The notes beneath the pieces were generated by a model. The model did no database searches. It saw only the letters and a list, made by a program, of their open reading frames with translations, and had not been told where the DNA came from. Positions 26,480-40,154 of a stretch of DNA of 64,000 bases are shown here, piece after piece. Source of the DNA: Dipteris shenzhenensis (Eukaryota); assembly GCA_047967505.1 (NCBI GenBank), contig CM106538.1. The stretch is one strand, 5' to 3'. The number at the start of each line of letters is the position of its first letter. Position 1 is the first letter of the stretch. The position numbers and the translations under genes are program-made.

Positions 26480-27410
26480 TAGAAATTTCAATTTGCCACA
26501 TGGCACTTTGCATTTTGAACATAGTACTTTGCATATAGCACATGATCATACATTTGTGTAGGCCGAGAGGTGGCACAATTCCTCTCTAAAAAATTATAAG
26601 ACCAAGGAACGTGCCTTTCCTTGGGTTCGTGTCGATTTGCACAATTTGCATAAAGCACGAGTATAGCACATAGTGGTTTGAATTTGGCACATAGCACTTT
26701 GCATCTTTTAGCACATAGCAATTTGAATTCGGCACATATCACTTTGCATTTGGCACATGGCACTTTGCATTTGGCACATAGTACACTGCATATATCACAT
26801 AACCACACATTTATGTGGGGGGAGAGTTGGCACGCTTCCTCTCCAAAAATTATAAGACCAAGGAACGTGCCTTTCCGTGGGTTCATATCGATTTGCATTT
26901 AGCACACAAGAATTTGCATATAGCACATAGCAATTTGAGTTTGGCACATAGTACTTTGGATCTTATAGCACATAGCAATTTGAATTGGCATATAGCACTT
27001 TGAATTTGGCACATAGTACACTACATAACCACACATTTGTGTGGGGGGAGAGTTGGCATGCTTCCTCTCCAAAAATTATAAGACCAAGGAATGTGCCTTT
27101 CCTTGGGTTCATATCGATTTGCATTTAGCACATAGCGATTTGAATTTGGCACATAGTACTTTGGATCTTTTAGCACATAGCAATTTGAATTGGCACATAG
27201 CACTTTGCATTTGGCACATAGTACACTGCATATAGCACATAACCACACATTTGTGTGGGTGGAGAGTTGGCATGCTTCCTCTCCAAAAATTATAAGACCA
27301 AGGAACGTGCCTTTCCTTGGGTTCATATTGATTTGCATTTAGCACACATTAAATTTGCAAATAGCACATAGAAATTTGATTTTGGCAAATAGCACTTTGC
27401 ATGTGGTACA
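26480..27410. repeat. Hierarchical minisatellite: ~21-bp subunits within four ~210-250-bp units
   Basis: TTGGCACATAGCACTTTGCAT variants; AAAAATTATAAGACCAAGGAA recurs near 26589, 26845, 27071, 27285. Confidence 0.85.
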
Positions 27411-30120
27411 TATTGATGAATTACCATGATGATAAATTCCATTGCAATTCTTATTTGTTTTTCTGAATGCTATTAACAAAAACTAATTCTCTTTTTAGTA
27501 ATTGACCCACACTGGTTTTACAAAACGTGGTGGGGAAGGATGGCTGACATGCACACACACACACACACACAAACCATGTGTCTCTTATATGTAGTTGTCC
27601 GTGTGTATCGTGTGTAGCACATGCCCATTCTTCTTTCTCTCAGAGATGGAACTTAGCATTTCTTGCTAATGCTCTAGCACTATTGTTCTTTTAAACTAGT
27701 GAGGCTTACATTTGAGAAATAAACAGGGAAAGGATTGCATAGGATGCTGTACATGATACAACTCGGATTGGTCCTTCATTCCCGTTATCCTTGCAATTAT
27801 GGTCTCAAAGCTACAAATATGGTTTCAAAGCCGAGAAAGACAATGGCCCTATTTCAATATTGCAAAGAGTCCTAACTACCACTTTCTTGCAGCTTATTGC
27901 CTGTGTGTCACGATCTTCTGTTGTCAAGTACCTAATTTTCAAAGCTGCCACCTGAAAACTCTCGGGGTGGTGGACTCAGTAACTTCTGGTAGAATTCAAA
28001 CAAAAAATCACCATGCTGCATGATGCTATGCGATAAGCTACCTACGGTGGACACACCATTCTAAATCATTCCAAGCCCTTTGCCCCTCAAAAGTGATCAC
28101 ATGAAAGTAGGTCGCTACCATATTCTTGAATTTAAAGGTTCCCTGACGATGGCTATTGAACGCTTCTTCTCTTAGACTTAGCCGCTTTTTGGAAAGTTGC
28201 AAAGCAATTCTTCTCACAAGGCATCACATTGGGATAACTGCCACGAAGAAAAAATCTTTTACACGATAGGTAGAAACGTCGATCAATTCTTTCTTCCTTC
28301 AAGTCTGATCTTTCAAGCAAGCTTTGCATTAATGCATTTGGTCAATCAATCCATGGATAACCAGATCTATACGTATGTGAGCTGTGGAAGCTACACAACC
28401 ATTTCTTTATCTCATGTCAAGTCAAAAGCACTCGGCCTTGAAATTAATCGATTGAGTGAGCATCATGAAAATGTTGTTTGTTTGGAGAAAGGTCTTGCCG
28501 CTGTGATAATTTGTTTTGCCATTATATCTCTAACCTTACAAAAATTCTAACAAGAATAAAGGATGCTTACAAGCCCAGGGATTCATGATGCTTCTGTAGC
28601 ACGAACGCCATGCTTATCATCAGAATACCAGCGACTTGCGAGGTGCAAAACAAAAGTTCGTAATTAGTTGCTGATACGCTATCTTGATGATGCAAGTTTA
28701 CTGTGCAAAGCCAAAATCCACTATGTTTGCAAGCCTAGAGTGGCATACGATGTACAATGATTAAGACATTGAGGGATATATAAAACCAGTGCAAGGAGAG
28801 CCATGTTACAATTGTCGTTCGATTCTGGTTCCAAATCAAGGCACTTTTTTGCAAAATAGAGATGAGGAGGATGGCCAAGTAAGAAAGAGAAAAGCTTTCC
28901 ATATCGTGTTGTTCGTGCATGAAAAAAGAGTATGTTGCATAACAACAACTTCTAACGATTATTAGTGCTTCGGCAACATCTCCACAATCCACTTGTCTAA
29001 CTTCAAAAATGGGTTGGAGGACATTCTATTGCGGAGACATATCCAATGCATTGAGATAGCGTACAAGGTCCATGTGACAACAAAAGCGTAGCCTCCATAG
29101 GTGGGAGCAGCATCTATCACCATCTTAATGACTGCATCGACTTGATGAGAGAAGAATGGAAACTGTTTGGCTTGCTGAGACTGGTTACATTAGGCAATAA
29201 GTTCTTGCCCATCAAGCACGAAGAAAGGAGTGTTCTAGTAACAAAGATAGCAAATATCTATGAGGAAATTGTGCTCCTAAAGCATGAGCACAAAGCGTCT
29301 CTAGACAAGAGTTACTCGCATGGAAACGCATTGGGAACATTGCTTGAATGTGCTAAATACTCGTACTTGCATCATCGTGAGAGCATTCAATCTTTGTTTG
29401 CATCATCTTAGCATTTCTCTTGACAGGCTGTGCCATTCATTTCATATATCATCATGAGAGAATTCAATCTTTGTTCGCATCATCTTAGCATTTATCTCGA
29501 CAGACTATGCCATTCATTTCATATTTGCATAGCAAGATGCATGGCAGCAAGGATGAAGTATGTAGGCATTGAGGGCTGATATCAGGAGAAGGCAAAGCAA
29601 GGTCAGCTATGCGAGGATGCAAAACCAGCATCAAATCTTGCAAAGATGGTTATTCTCCACGATGATGGAAGGAGCCAAGATGATGAACTCTGTGGGGGCT
29701 TGAGTTTGTAAATATGAAATTAATAAGTAAAGCTTAAGGTCCCTTTATGAGTTATTTATGGAGCATGACACATGGCTCAAGGAGAGGCCAGATTTTCATT
29801 TCATCTCACAATGCTACCTGCCTAAAAATCCACTTGGCTCTTTTGGACATAGCAATTATGACGCACTAAAAACTGAGAGCGGGAACTTCAAAATGTTAGT
29901 TGAAAGAAGAGCAAGAACTTACAATTTTGATGTAGCATTTATGACACACTAAAAAACAAGATCAAGAACTTCAAAATGTCAATTTGTCAGGTGTCTCTAG
30001 AGAGAGAGGGCATCTATTTTTTTGAAAAAAGAAAAGCATTTCCATAGTAACATTGGCCTCTCTCTCATTTGAGGATCTCTTTTTTTACCTAACCTAATTG
30101 AGCTCCGTTTTTTCCTAATG

Positions 30121-31200
30121 TCATGCTGGATAACCATAAAGGATCATTATTTGTACATTCTAACAACTTTCTTATTTCCTAATTCCAAAGTGTGTCCTCT
30201 TACACTTGTTTTGAAAGTTGTACAAAGTTTTTAGTCCTACTAGAATTATTCTTCCTACACATGCATTCCACTTGTAGTTGGTGGTAAATTCCAGCCCTAC
30301 ATATTTGTATAAGGCTCCTCTTGGAAGGTGACATTAATCTATTTATTAGGTTTCCCAATCACCATGACTTTTGTCTTTGGATATGTCAACTTGTATTCTT
30401 ACATGTCTATAGAATTCTCCTAATGGATCCAAATGTGCTTGCATTTTTTTCTTTCTCTTTGTCAAGAATACTACATCATTTTCATAAATAAGAAATAGTA
30501 AAGGATACCCTACAATTTGGACACTTTCTTTGCTATGTATTTTGACCCAATTCTGAGCCAATTCTACACTCCATTAATTAAAAAACAAAAAGAGTTGGCA
30601 AGAGAGGGGAAAACTCTTCATGACCCCTATGTCACTAATGAAAATTTCACTTTGGAGCCCATCCAAAAGTCGTTGTGCTAGCTCGGCTAAAACTTTCTCA
30701 TTTAAATTATACATAGCTTCTCGAATGTCATGAGACTAGACTTGAAGCTTTTCTAACCTTTCATGATAATTTTTTATGTGGAACTTCTTGAAATCCACAA
30801 ATCAACAAAGGAACGCTTCTTTTTTGTGTTTATCTCCTTCCAATGCAACACTTATGCAACCAAACAGTCTATTGTTGAGTTTTGGGGTGAAACCCTGCTT
30901 GTATGGTGCCCTCACTCTCCCTGTCTCCCTTTTTTCTACTCAAGGATAGTGCTCTACAACTTGGCCCCATTAGGTTGCTCACCATGATAGTGCGATAGTC
31001 TTTTGTCACTTGTTGTCTCCTCCCTTGTGGACCAGCAAAATTTTTCCAAGTCGCCATTTTGAAGGACACCCTTTCTATGTGGCCATGTTCATAAGTTTAG
31101 TGAGCATTTTCTTTGTCTTCTCTACCTCCTATGCGAGCATCTCTACTTTTAGCCCTTGCATATCTAGAGCTTTTCCATTTGCTTTTTTTGTCAGCCCTTT
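30121..31200 (-). mobile_element. Decayed LINE reverse-transcriptase region
   Basis: KDYRTIMVS, QAGFHP, LIYENDVV (YADD equivalent), YKYVG, ILYG in canonical order on the minus strand. Confidence 0.75.
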
Positions 31201-32236
31201 CCTATGTCTTCCTTTGTTATGATGTTCTTTGATATAAAAGTCATGACTTTCCTTAGGGTGATCAGTATTTATAGCCCTATATATCATGTGCATTCAAGGT
31301 TTAGCTGTGAAATGCCTTATATATAAATTTATCATGAGTAAAACACACCATTTTTCTATTCGATGTATGAATAGTCCCTTTATATGATAACCTTATATGT
31401 GCGAAAATGTGTAAAATGCCTTATATATAAATTTATCATGAGTAAAACACAACATTTTTCTATTCAATCTATGAATAACCCCTTTATATGACAACCTTAT
31501 ATGTGTGAAAAATGTGTAAAAATGGGATTTATAGAATGGCTCTATTGAACCCACACGCTATGCTTAAATATTTGTGAGTGACCCCCACTTTCTCTTCTCC
31601 CTCCCTTTTGTAGAGCTCTTTGAAAAAATGTATTATGTCTTCCAATGCTACTTTCCTTGCCTAAGGTTTATTGCCATGCAGTATAATCTGAAGAAACATC
31701 ATTGGGTTCATTTTATCTCCTTGAAAGCTTCAAGTTACTTGCTTTAAAGAAAAAATCTCTTTTTGTTTCTCACCACCTACTTGTATGCTTAGGCTTTGCC
31801 TTTTTTCTCTTTGAAGCCTTATTTGCATTTTAACAATCTTGGTCATACAAGTGATTGCATGGCATTCTAATGCTCCTTCCCTTGCTTTTAACAAATCATT
31901 CTTGGGCTGTTATCTGTAATAAAAATATTATTTATGTTTTCATTCCATCTCAAGTAGATGGCATTTGACCTTGTGATAGTACTATCTCTATTTCCCTCTC
32001 ATAAATATGGACCTTTTTGTAATCGGTTCTTAGCCTTATTTGCACAACAATTCTCTATTTTTTAATAGAATTCTTTGTCCTTATGATGCCTAAGAACATT
32101 TCTCTATGATTGAATTCTAGAGTCTCTCCTTCAATCTTAAGGTATGGCGGGCGTGCACACACACACACACACACACACAAAGAGTTTCATGATGATATTT
32201 GGATCATAACCTTGCACTTTAATTGATGAAGCATCC

Positions 32237-32271
<35 letters not shown>

Positions 32272-33069
32272 ATGATGAGATTTGGATCATAAGCTTGCAC
32301 TTTTATTAATGAAGCATCTATGACCATATTATGTCTTTTTGTCCCTCCTATGCTTATTTTAAATTATGGAAAAAGTTGTTACTGTACTCAAAATGAGTGG
32401 AGGCCTTCTATTTCTATACATCAATCTAAATGATTGCAATTACATGCTAGATTTAATTCCTAATGATTACATTTTTTAAAATTAGAGTTATTGACTAGAG
32501 AATGTATTTACATTGGATATAGTGCCACCTAGTTCAAGATCCTCCACTCACTATTTCTTTGCAATATGTTGATTGCCTAAGTAAATGTCTAAGTTGCTTA
32601 TTAAATGCAATGAGTACTCCCTTCAAGAGGTCCTTGTCCCAAACATGCATGATGTGATACATGCACTTAGGATAAGTCACTTATAATTTTGATGGAAGGG
32701 TGTCAAGTTGAGTAGAATACATGGAAGAATTCTTGACTTGGTTGCATGCCCACGATGACAATTAGGATAAGACCATGTGATCTATGGATGATATGTAGAC
32801 ATGCCTTTGAAGAATGAGTACTTAGTATCATTTTTTCAAACATGTGATGTGTTTTGTGAATTCTAAACAAATTTTTGTCAAGAGTGAGGCAATCATTTAA
32901 TTTTGCAGAAGTTAAGGCAATTTTTTAAAATTTAAGGTAATAACTATTTTTGTAAATGTGGAAACAATCTTGGTGCAATTCTATGTTGTAAGCTTAAAAG
33001 TTTGCCCATGTCAATGCTCAAATTTAAAGAATTGAAGCTCATGTAAATATTTCAAAAAATTGGAGCTCA

Positions 33070-33505
33070 ATTGATATTTCATGTCTTTTCCATTTCAATA
33101 CTTAATTTTGAAGAATGAATATCAAATTTGTATAATTTGAGAGGTTCTCTACACATTCTAAGAACTCTAACTCCAATTTGGCATAGCTTTTTGTCCTACT
33201 CTAGATTTTTACATAATGCATGTTGATTTTTTTTCCTTGTTTGCATCAAGTTACATCTTATCATTATCTATCATTGCCTTGATGTCAAAAATTTTCCATG
33301 TCAATATTTAATTTTGAATAATCTGAGCTTGAATATCAAATTTGTATAATTTAAGAGGTGCTCTACACATTTCAAGAAGTCTTACTCGAATTGTGGCATA
33401 GATTTTTGTCTTACTCTAGATTTTCATATGATGCATGAAAAAAAAAATTCCTTGTTTGCATCCAGTTACATCGCATCATGATATATCATGGCCTTGATGT
33501 CCTAC
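33070..33505. repeat. ~220-bp tandem duplication
   Basis: GAATATCAAATTTGTATAATTT...CCTTGATGTC at about 33117-33288 and 33332-33501. Confidence 0.75.
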
Positions 33506-34620
33506 ATTGCCTTGCTTATTTACTATAGATTGCATCTTATCTTTAGATTCAAGTTTTCATTTGCTTTAAGCTACATTACATTTAATTTCATGTCATCATC
33601 TACACAAGCTACACATGAGATGCAAGATGAGCCAACAAATTTCTAGAGTTGGTCAATCTACAGTCTTCTCCTTTAAACCATTTTGCCATAATCTGCTGAT
33701 CATGTACTATGGCCTTTTCCAATGTATTTGCAATCATGTATAGACCACTTTTTATTGCACTCTATGATACTTGTTGTGTATGCTAGTTACTTGTATCTAT
33801 AAGGAGTAGCTTTAATATTGTATTAGTTGTGTTGTGCTATGTGCCTACTATTTGGCATTGATTTATGTCTTGTAGTTGCCCATTGCTCTATTCTTATTGC
33901 ATCCTTGATGCATGTAACTGTAAATTGCTAAAGTACTATAAAGTAATGCATCACATGGTTATAATTTGCATACTTCTAACCCCCTCATGAAGCTCCATTT
34001 GGGCTTTATTGATTACTTCTCCTCAGCTCTCAATGCGTTTCCTATCCCCACCTCTTCCTAGTCTCTCTTTTTACTCCTATTCACTTTTGAACCCCTTTGG
34101 ATTCTTTAGTTTCTATTCATGATCATCCTAATGTCCTTCATTTATACCAGTATTACCTCCACCTTCACCTTTATAACCCCCTCATGGACCTCTTTGTGCT
34201 CTAGTGATGACTCCTTAGCTCACAATGAGTTTCCTATCGGGCCACATATCTCCTACTCTCCCTTTGTCCTCCTATTCACCTCAGAGTTTAAACCCCTTTA
34301 AAATTTTTAGTCTCTATTGAACATCCTCCTATCTTTCATGTGTAGTAATATTACCTCCATCATCACATTTAAAATATGCCTACTTGTCTTACCCCTTGTT
34401 GGACCTTCCACTCACCTAGGGCTATAGAAGCAACCATGCCTACATGTTCTTTTCTCACCTTCATTCTCTTACCCTCCTCAAACTCCCCCTCCACCCTTTG
34501 ACTCTCCCTCCATCCCATGAGCACAATATATCTTTCCTTTTCCTCACTCATAGACTCTCCCTCAACCCATCCCAAGACATGCATGTCCCTCCACAGAGAA
34601 AGAAACAATTGTGTATGTAT

Positions 34621-34651
<31 letters not shown>

Positions 34652-34740
34652 ACGCACACACGCACGTGCACACACACACACAATCTCTCTCTCTCTCTCT
34701 CTCTCTATGTGTGTGTGTGTGTGTGTGTGCATGTGTGTGT
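34621..34740. repeat. Compound microsatellite (CA)n-(CT)n-(GT)n
   Basis: Read directly; the CA and GT tracts are mutually complementary. Confidence 0.95.
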
Positions 34741-37229
34741 TAATTAAATTGATGGACTTGGATTTATAGTGAGATAAGCACAAACTTACCTGCATGCTTA
34801 TCTCTGTTTTGGGTTTGCTTAAGTTTAGGTTCACTTCTTCCCGAGTTTAGGTTCACTTCGTTTAGGTTTGGGTTCTAGGTTCCTTATTCTAATTTATACT
34901 TATTTTGAAGTCCTATTTCATGAGTTCACTACTTTGAGTTCACTTCTTTGTACATCCTCTTGGTTCTAGGTTCTTTTTTTCTTTGCTCTCATTTCTTCAA
35001 GTATTTGTGGGAGATTTGAAATTGGTCACTTTAAATTAATGATTTTAACATATTTTAAAAGTACAAAGTAGTAGTTTGAACTAATCCAGTTGTGATTTTT
35101 TATTGAGACTGGCTACACTCAAATAACACATGGTAATATACAAATACCACATAGTATTTTTATATTTATTGCATAATAATGTTTTATTAGAACGTGATGT
35201 TTCCAATATATTAGGTGGTATCATGGAATTACCACATGGTCAAAATTATTGTCAATTTATCCAAGATTCTAGTGCTCTCCAGTTGAACTTGTTGGAGTCT
35301 ATTAACAAAGCTTCAAATAAAAAATTCCATTTTTATTCTATCCTTTCTAAAAGTATCATGTGTCAATTGTGTAGCTCACTTTTGCCGGCTTGGTCAACGC
35401 ACATTAGATATAACATATTTTATTTTTAATATTTCTAGCTAGTATATTGTAGTGCTTGATTGTTTGTTAATTTATAGTTGCATATAATTTTATTTTTTTT
35501 AAGTTCTAGAGTCGGTAGTAGTATATTATTATTTAATTTAAATTATTTACAAAGTCAAAAATGTTACTTTTATGTTGGTAATGTTTAATTCATGTATTAA
35601 AAATTATACTAAAGTATTATTTGTAATAATTATTTAGTATTCTTTTAAGAAAAGATTCATGTGCCAATGGGAGGTTCACTTATGCTGACCTGTAACAACT
35701 CACTCATAGATGTAATGTACTATATTTGTAAAGTAAGGGATAATATTTGACTTTGAACTAGTTATGAAGCTTCCTTATGGTGGCCTATATCAACTCATTC
35801 ATAGTCTAGTTAGTTCTATGGCCTATATATGTTGCCCTCTATTAACCCATAAATCATACGTGCTAAAAATCTCCATATTATTGGATGTATGAGCATTTAT
35901 TACTATATCATATATGATGAGTAGGAGTAGACTTATACCGTGTGAGCAACCACCTCAACCCAATCGACCGTCACTCCCATTGCCTCTTGCTCAATAAACA
36001 ACGGCTTTGCTCCTATGCGAAACGTGCATCTCGTCTTTGTGTATGTGGGAAGGCGACCCATCGCAACTTGCTATGGGCCCAAATTACGAGAGTTAGATAA
36101 AGTGCATGCAATATGTAGTAAAATAAAATAGAACAATACATTAAATGAGAAGAAGTAGACTTACCACGATTGCCTTGAATGCCAACTGTCCGCCTACACC
36201 CAAGTGCGAAGTACCTACGGAGTCCAGCCGTCTCCTCACAGCCCTCCTCTAACCCTTGAACATGTCGGGATGGTCCTTGTTCTACTTCTTGAAAAACTTC
36301 CAATCAGCTTTGTCTACGTAGCTGGGTTTAGCTTTCCCCTTTGCGATGGAAGTACGTAAGGTTGACCTACAATGCTTCAAGACCAAACCCATGCACTCTC
36401 ACATGTAATCCCAATTTGGGGGGTTAGGGTATTTTCTTTTCGATTCATCGATGACTGCTTGCTTCTTTTGGTCATCTTGGTACTGCCAGTCAGTAGCTAT
36501 GCCGCTCTTGAAGTGGTGGTTGATCAATCGCCTCATGGTGGCCATCACTGCTGCGCCCTTTTTATCTTCTATTATCTCTTCAGCAACCATGATTTGATAG
36601 GACAGGTCCTCAACCGAGTTCATGGTAGTGGCAGAGTCAGAGCGAGTGGTGTTTGTGCGAGTACTTCCAGAGCGAGGAGTAGCAGTGGGAGTAGGAGAGG
36701 GCAAGGGACCTGACTGGTACTGGGACTCGAGAGCAATTGGAGACTATAGGGATGTGAGTGTGCTAACTTGTCTACATCTCCCGAGTCAGCACAACATAAG
36801 CGACCCCTCCTACTCTTCCTTCCCTTATGATGGGCACACCCAGGTGATGACCCCTCAGTCAAAGGGGCTAAAGGGGATAGCTGGACAGTAGATCGAGTTG
36901 TTGATGTAGGAGAGAGATTTGCTGAGGTCCTCTGGCATAGTGGAGAGAAGAATCTTGCTGCCTCCTCATCGGTCATTTGTGCAACAAACTCATCGGGACT
37001 CCCAACAAAGCCATGGGCTACTAGCAAAGGAGTTCCCCGAGGGGTAGTCACAATGCTATGCTAGAGAGGAGTCGAGCCAGGGGTAGTCATAGGAGTAGGC
37101 CCCTGAGGTGTCGCCTGAGTGGAATCAAAGTCCTCTGGAGAATAGAGATCATGATGTCTCCTCCTACGAGGGTTTCCATACTCGTCGGACGTGCGAAGTG
37201 ATCCCATGTCTAATTTGGGGGGATTGAAC

Positions 37230-38210
37230 AAGAGAAGGAGAAGCATAAGAGAAGGAGAGGGGAAAAGAATAGAAAGAAAAGGGGAAAAGAATTTGAAAGA
37301 GAGGAAAAGAACCAAATATGCATAAGAGAAAAAAGAGCGAAAGCATATGCATAAGAGAAAAAGAGAGAAAGCATATGCTTATGCTTATGCATAAGCATAT
37401 GAGCATATGCTCATGCATAAGCATAAGCATAAGCATAAGCATAAGCATAGGCATAGGCATAGGCATAGGCATATGCTTATGAAAAGAAGAGAAAAAGAGA
37501 GGGAAAAAGAAGAGAAGGAAAGGAGAAGGAGACATTTGCTCATGCATAAGAATAAGTATAAGAGAAGAAAAAACATATGCTCATGAAAGAGGGGAAAAAG
37601 AAGAGGGCAAAAGAAGAGAAAGAAGAGGGGAAAAAGAAGAGGAGAAAAGAAGAGAAGGAAGAGGGGAAAAGACATTGAAAGAGGGGAAAAGAGCATAAGC
37701 ATAAGAGAAGAAAGAGGGGAAAAGAGATTGAAAGAGGGGAAAGAGAAGAGGAAAAGAGCATATGCATAAGAGAAGGAAAAGGGAAAAAGAGCATAAGCAT
37801 AAGAGAAAAAGAAAGAAAGCATATGCTTATGCTTATGCATGAGCATATGAGCATAAGAGAAAAAGAGAGAAAGCATAAGCTTGTGCTTATGCATGAGCAT
37901 ATGAGCATATGCGCATGCATAAGCATAAGCATAGGCAAATACATATGCTTATGAAAAGAGGAGAAAAAGAGAGGAAAAAAGAGAGTGAAAAATAAGAGAA
38001 GGAAGAGGAGAAAAGAGATTGAAAGAAGGGAAAAAGAAGAGGGGAAAAGAGCATAAGCATAAGAGAAGGAAAAACATATGCATAAGAGAAAAAGACAGAA
38101 ATATTATGCTTATGCTTATGCATGAGCATATGAGGGAAAGAGGGGGGGAAAGAGAGAGGAAAAGAGGAAAAGAGGGAAAGAAGAGGGAATAAGAGAAGAG
38201 AGGGAAAGAG
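37230..38210. repeat. Low-complexity GA-rich and GCATAA/GCATAG hexamer expansion
   Basis: Read directly; lies upstream of the family-B accessory ORF. Confidence 0.9.
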
Positions 38211-38839
38211 AGGGTTCCTACGCCCATCACTATAGCTAGCGCATAAGGCGCTAGCTGCAGGCTAATGCAAATAACGAAAATAACAAAAGGAAAAAAGAAA
38301 AAGCTCGGTGTTTCATGGAGTGGCCCTATAAAAGAGAGGAAACTTACCATTTTTCATATAACTAGTTAGAGGAAGGAGGAGTTTAGAGAAGCAACTTCTC
38401 AAAGGGATTGGATTGAGGAGACAAACATAAGCATACAAACAAGGAGAAAGAGGAGGAAGAGAAATACTAACAAGAGAGAAGGTGTCTTCTTTCTTTCACT
38501 AAATCTCGTTTTTTGTCCTTAACCTCTGAAAATCAAGCATGAAAATTAGCACATAGCCTTAGCAATATAAGGAGAAACATGCTTCAATACTCACAAAAAT
38601 AAAATCTCACAAAAAATGAACCTACATTGCTTAAAGAGACTCACCTAGGTATGCTTACTATCGAATTGCATTGATTGCATTTTCTTCAATTTAATCTAAA
38701 TAATCTGTAGACTGATTATGAATTTATCTTACATGGGCATGTAAGTTTCTTACTCTTGATGTAATTAAGTGATTATTTGTGGCAATATATGCTCTAAAAT
38801 AGATGCATCTTCATTGTTTTAATGATGCTCTTTTGTAGT

Positions 38840-39690
38840 ACAAAAAGTACAGTGCATTATGGTCATATGGACGACATTTTCACATGGAACGCATCAATTC
38901 AAAGAGAGTCACGTATGATTGTGGAGTCATGGCTAACTTCACACAAGATAGTCGAGCAAGTGCTTCGAATACCAATCTTCTTTCCTCACAGTTGGATTAT
39001 TGTGGAACCATATGCGAAATCTATGAAATTGATTTTAGACGATTTAGTATTTTCATTTTTGATGTAAAATGGTTTAGAACTATTTACAATGGTCCCCATG
39101 CAACTGGAGAAAAGATAGTAACGGTTTCTTTGCAATAGACTCCACCAAACTTTGGACCGATGAAAGTGATACTTTTATTCTTCCCAAGCATTGTGAGCAG
39201 GTGCATACTAATGATTTAATTAATCGAAGCTTTCATTTTTAAAGATCCATTGATACATGTACTTAAGCATAATTTCATATATGTAATTGATGGCATTTGG
39301 CACCCATCTTCAATATAGGTGGTTTTTCATCCGGATCGTTCTGATCCAAGATGGTGGTACGTGATCCAAGTTGCACCACGAAGTAAGTAAATTTTTGAAG
39401 ATAGAGATGTGGATATGGAGATGCCACTACCAATGTTAGATCCAATTTATCCAAATGGATCTAGCAAAGAAGATGAAGATCACAATATGAGCCAAGAGGA
39501 AGATGCGCATAATGACATCATATGGGAGGAAGATGGAGATCATGATATTGAAGAAGAAGATGACGATCATCAAGAATCACCACACTTTATTGAAGAATAT
39601 AATTAAGTACTCTTAGGTGAACATACGATGCTAGAGTACGATGATGATATAGGAGATCAACTCGTTTTTAGAGTTAGAGATAAACTTGTT
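38840..39690 (+). pseudogene. C-terminal exons of a CACTA transposase (DUF4216-like)
   Basis: LWSYGRHF, TYDCGVMANF, DYCGTI, FDVKWF, IDSTKLW, LPKHCEQ/VVF, acidic tail; homologous to 9000-9760 minus. Confidence 0.8.
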
Positions 39691-40154
39691 TAGCATGTTA
39701 GACTTGGCTCAAGATGAAGCCGTTGATGTAAATGCTCTTCATTGATTTTTTTCATCTCAAACTTGGACATGAATATATGAGCTTCAAAGGCTTGATGTAC
39801 ATGCTCTTGTACTTTTATTCTCTCAAAGGATCAAACATGTATGAAAAGGAAAAAAATTGTCATTGGAAAAAACTATCTTTTAAGGTCGGTATGAGAAAAA
39901 ACACTCTCTATAAAACATCGCTATAGGAAACTATCTTAGTGTTGCTATATAGCGACCATTCACAAGTCTAATAAGTGTCGCTATAGCGACCATTTACAAG
40001 TCTAGTAAAGGTTGCTATATAGCGGCGCTCTTTAAATGTCACTATATAGTGACGTTTGCCTAAGGTCGTTATATAGTGACCCTTAATGAATCCCGCTTTG
40101 AATCCCGCTTTGGTTACCGATGATTAGCACCTCGCGCGCGCTAATCGTCGGTCC

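Larger units (their letters stand above)
25640..30120. mobile_element. 4.5-kb non-autonomous TIR element with CATTA termini inserted in the LINE
   Basis: 22-bp TIR: CATTATGAAAAAATGGAGCTCA at 25640 and rc CATTAGGAAAAAACGGAGCTCA at 30099-30120; LINE coding resumes on both sides; no clean TSD. Confidence 0.7.
35920..40080. mobile_element. Truncated, internally deleted CACTA family-B element
   Basis: Accessory gene on minus (35920-37220, rc of 1-1220), transposase 3' exons on plus (38840-39690), GTCGCTATA(TA)GCGAC repeats at 39915-40080; termini not seen. Confidence 0.8.

Noticed and set aside
26480-27410. Regular repeats resembling a CRISPR array
   Set aside because: The intervening sequences are themselves repeats, there are no unique spacers or cas genes, and the context is eukaryotic
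34369-34834. His/Thr and Cys/Val ORFs
   Set aside because: Microsatellite translations
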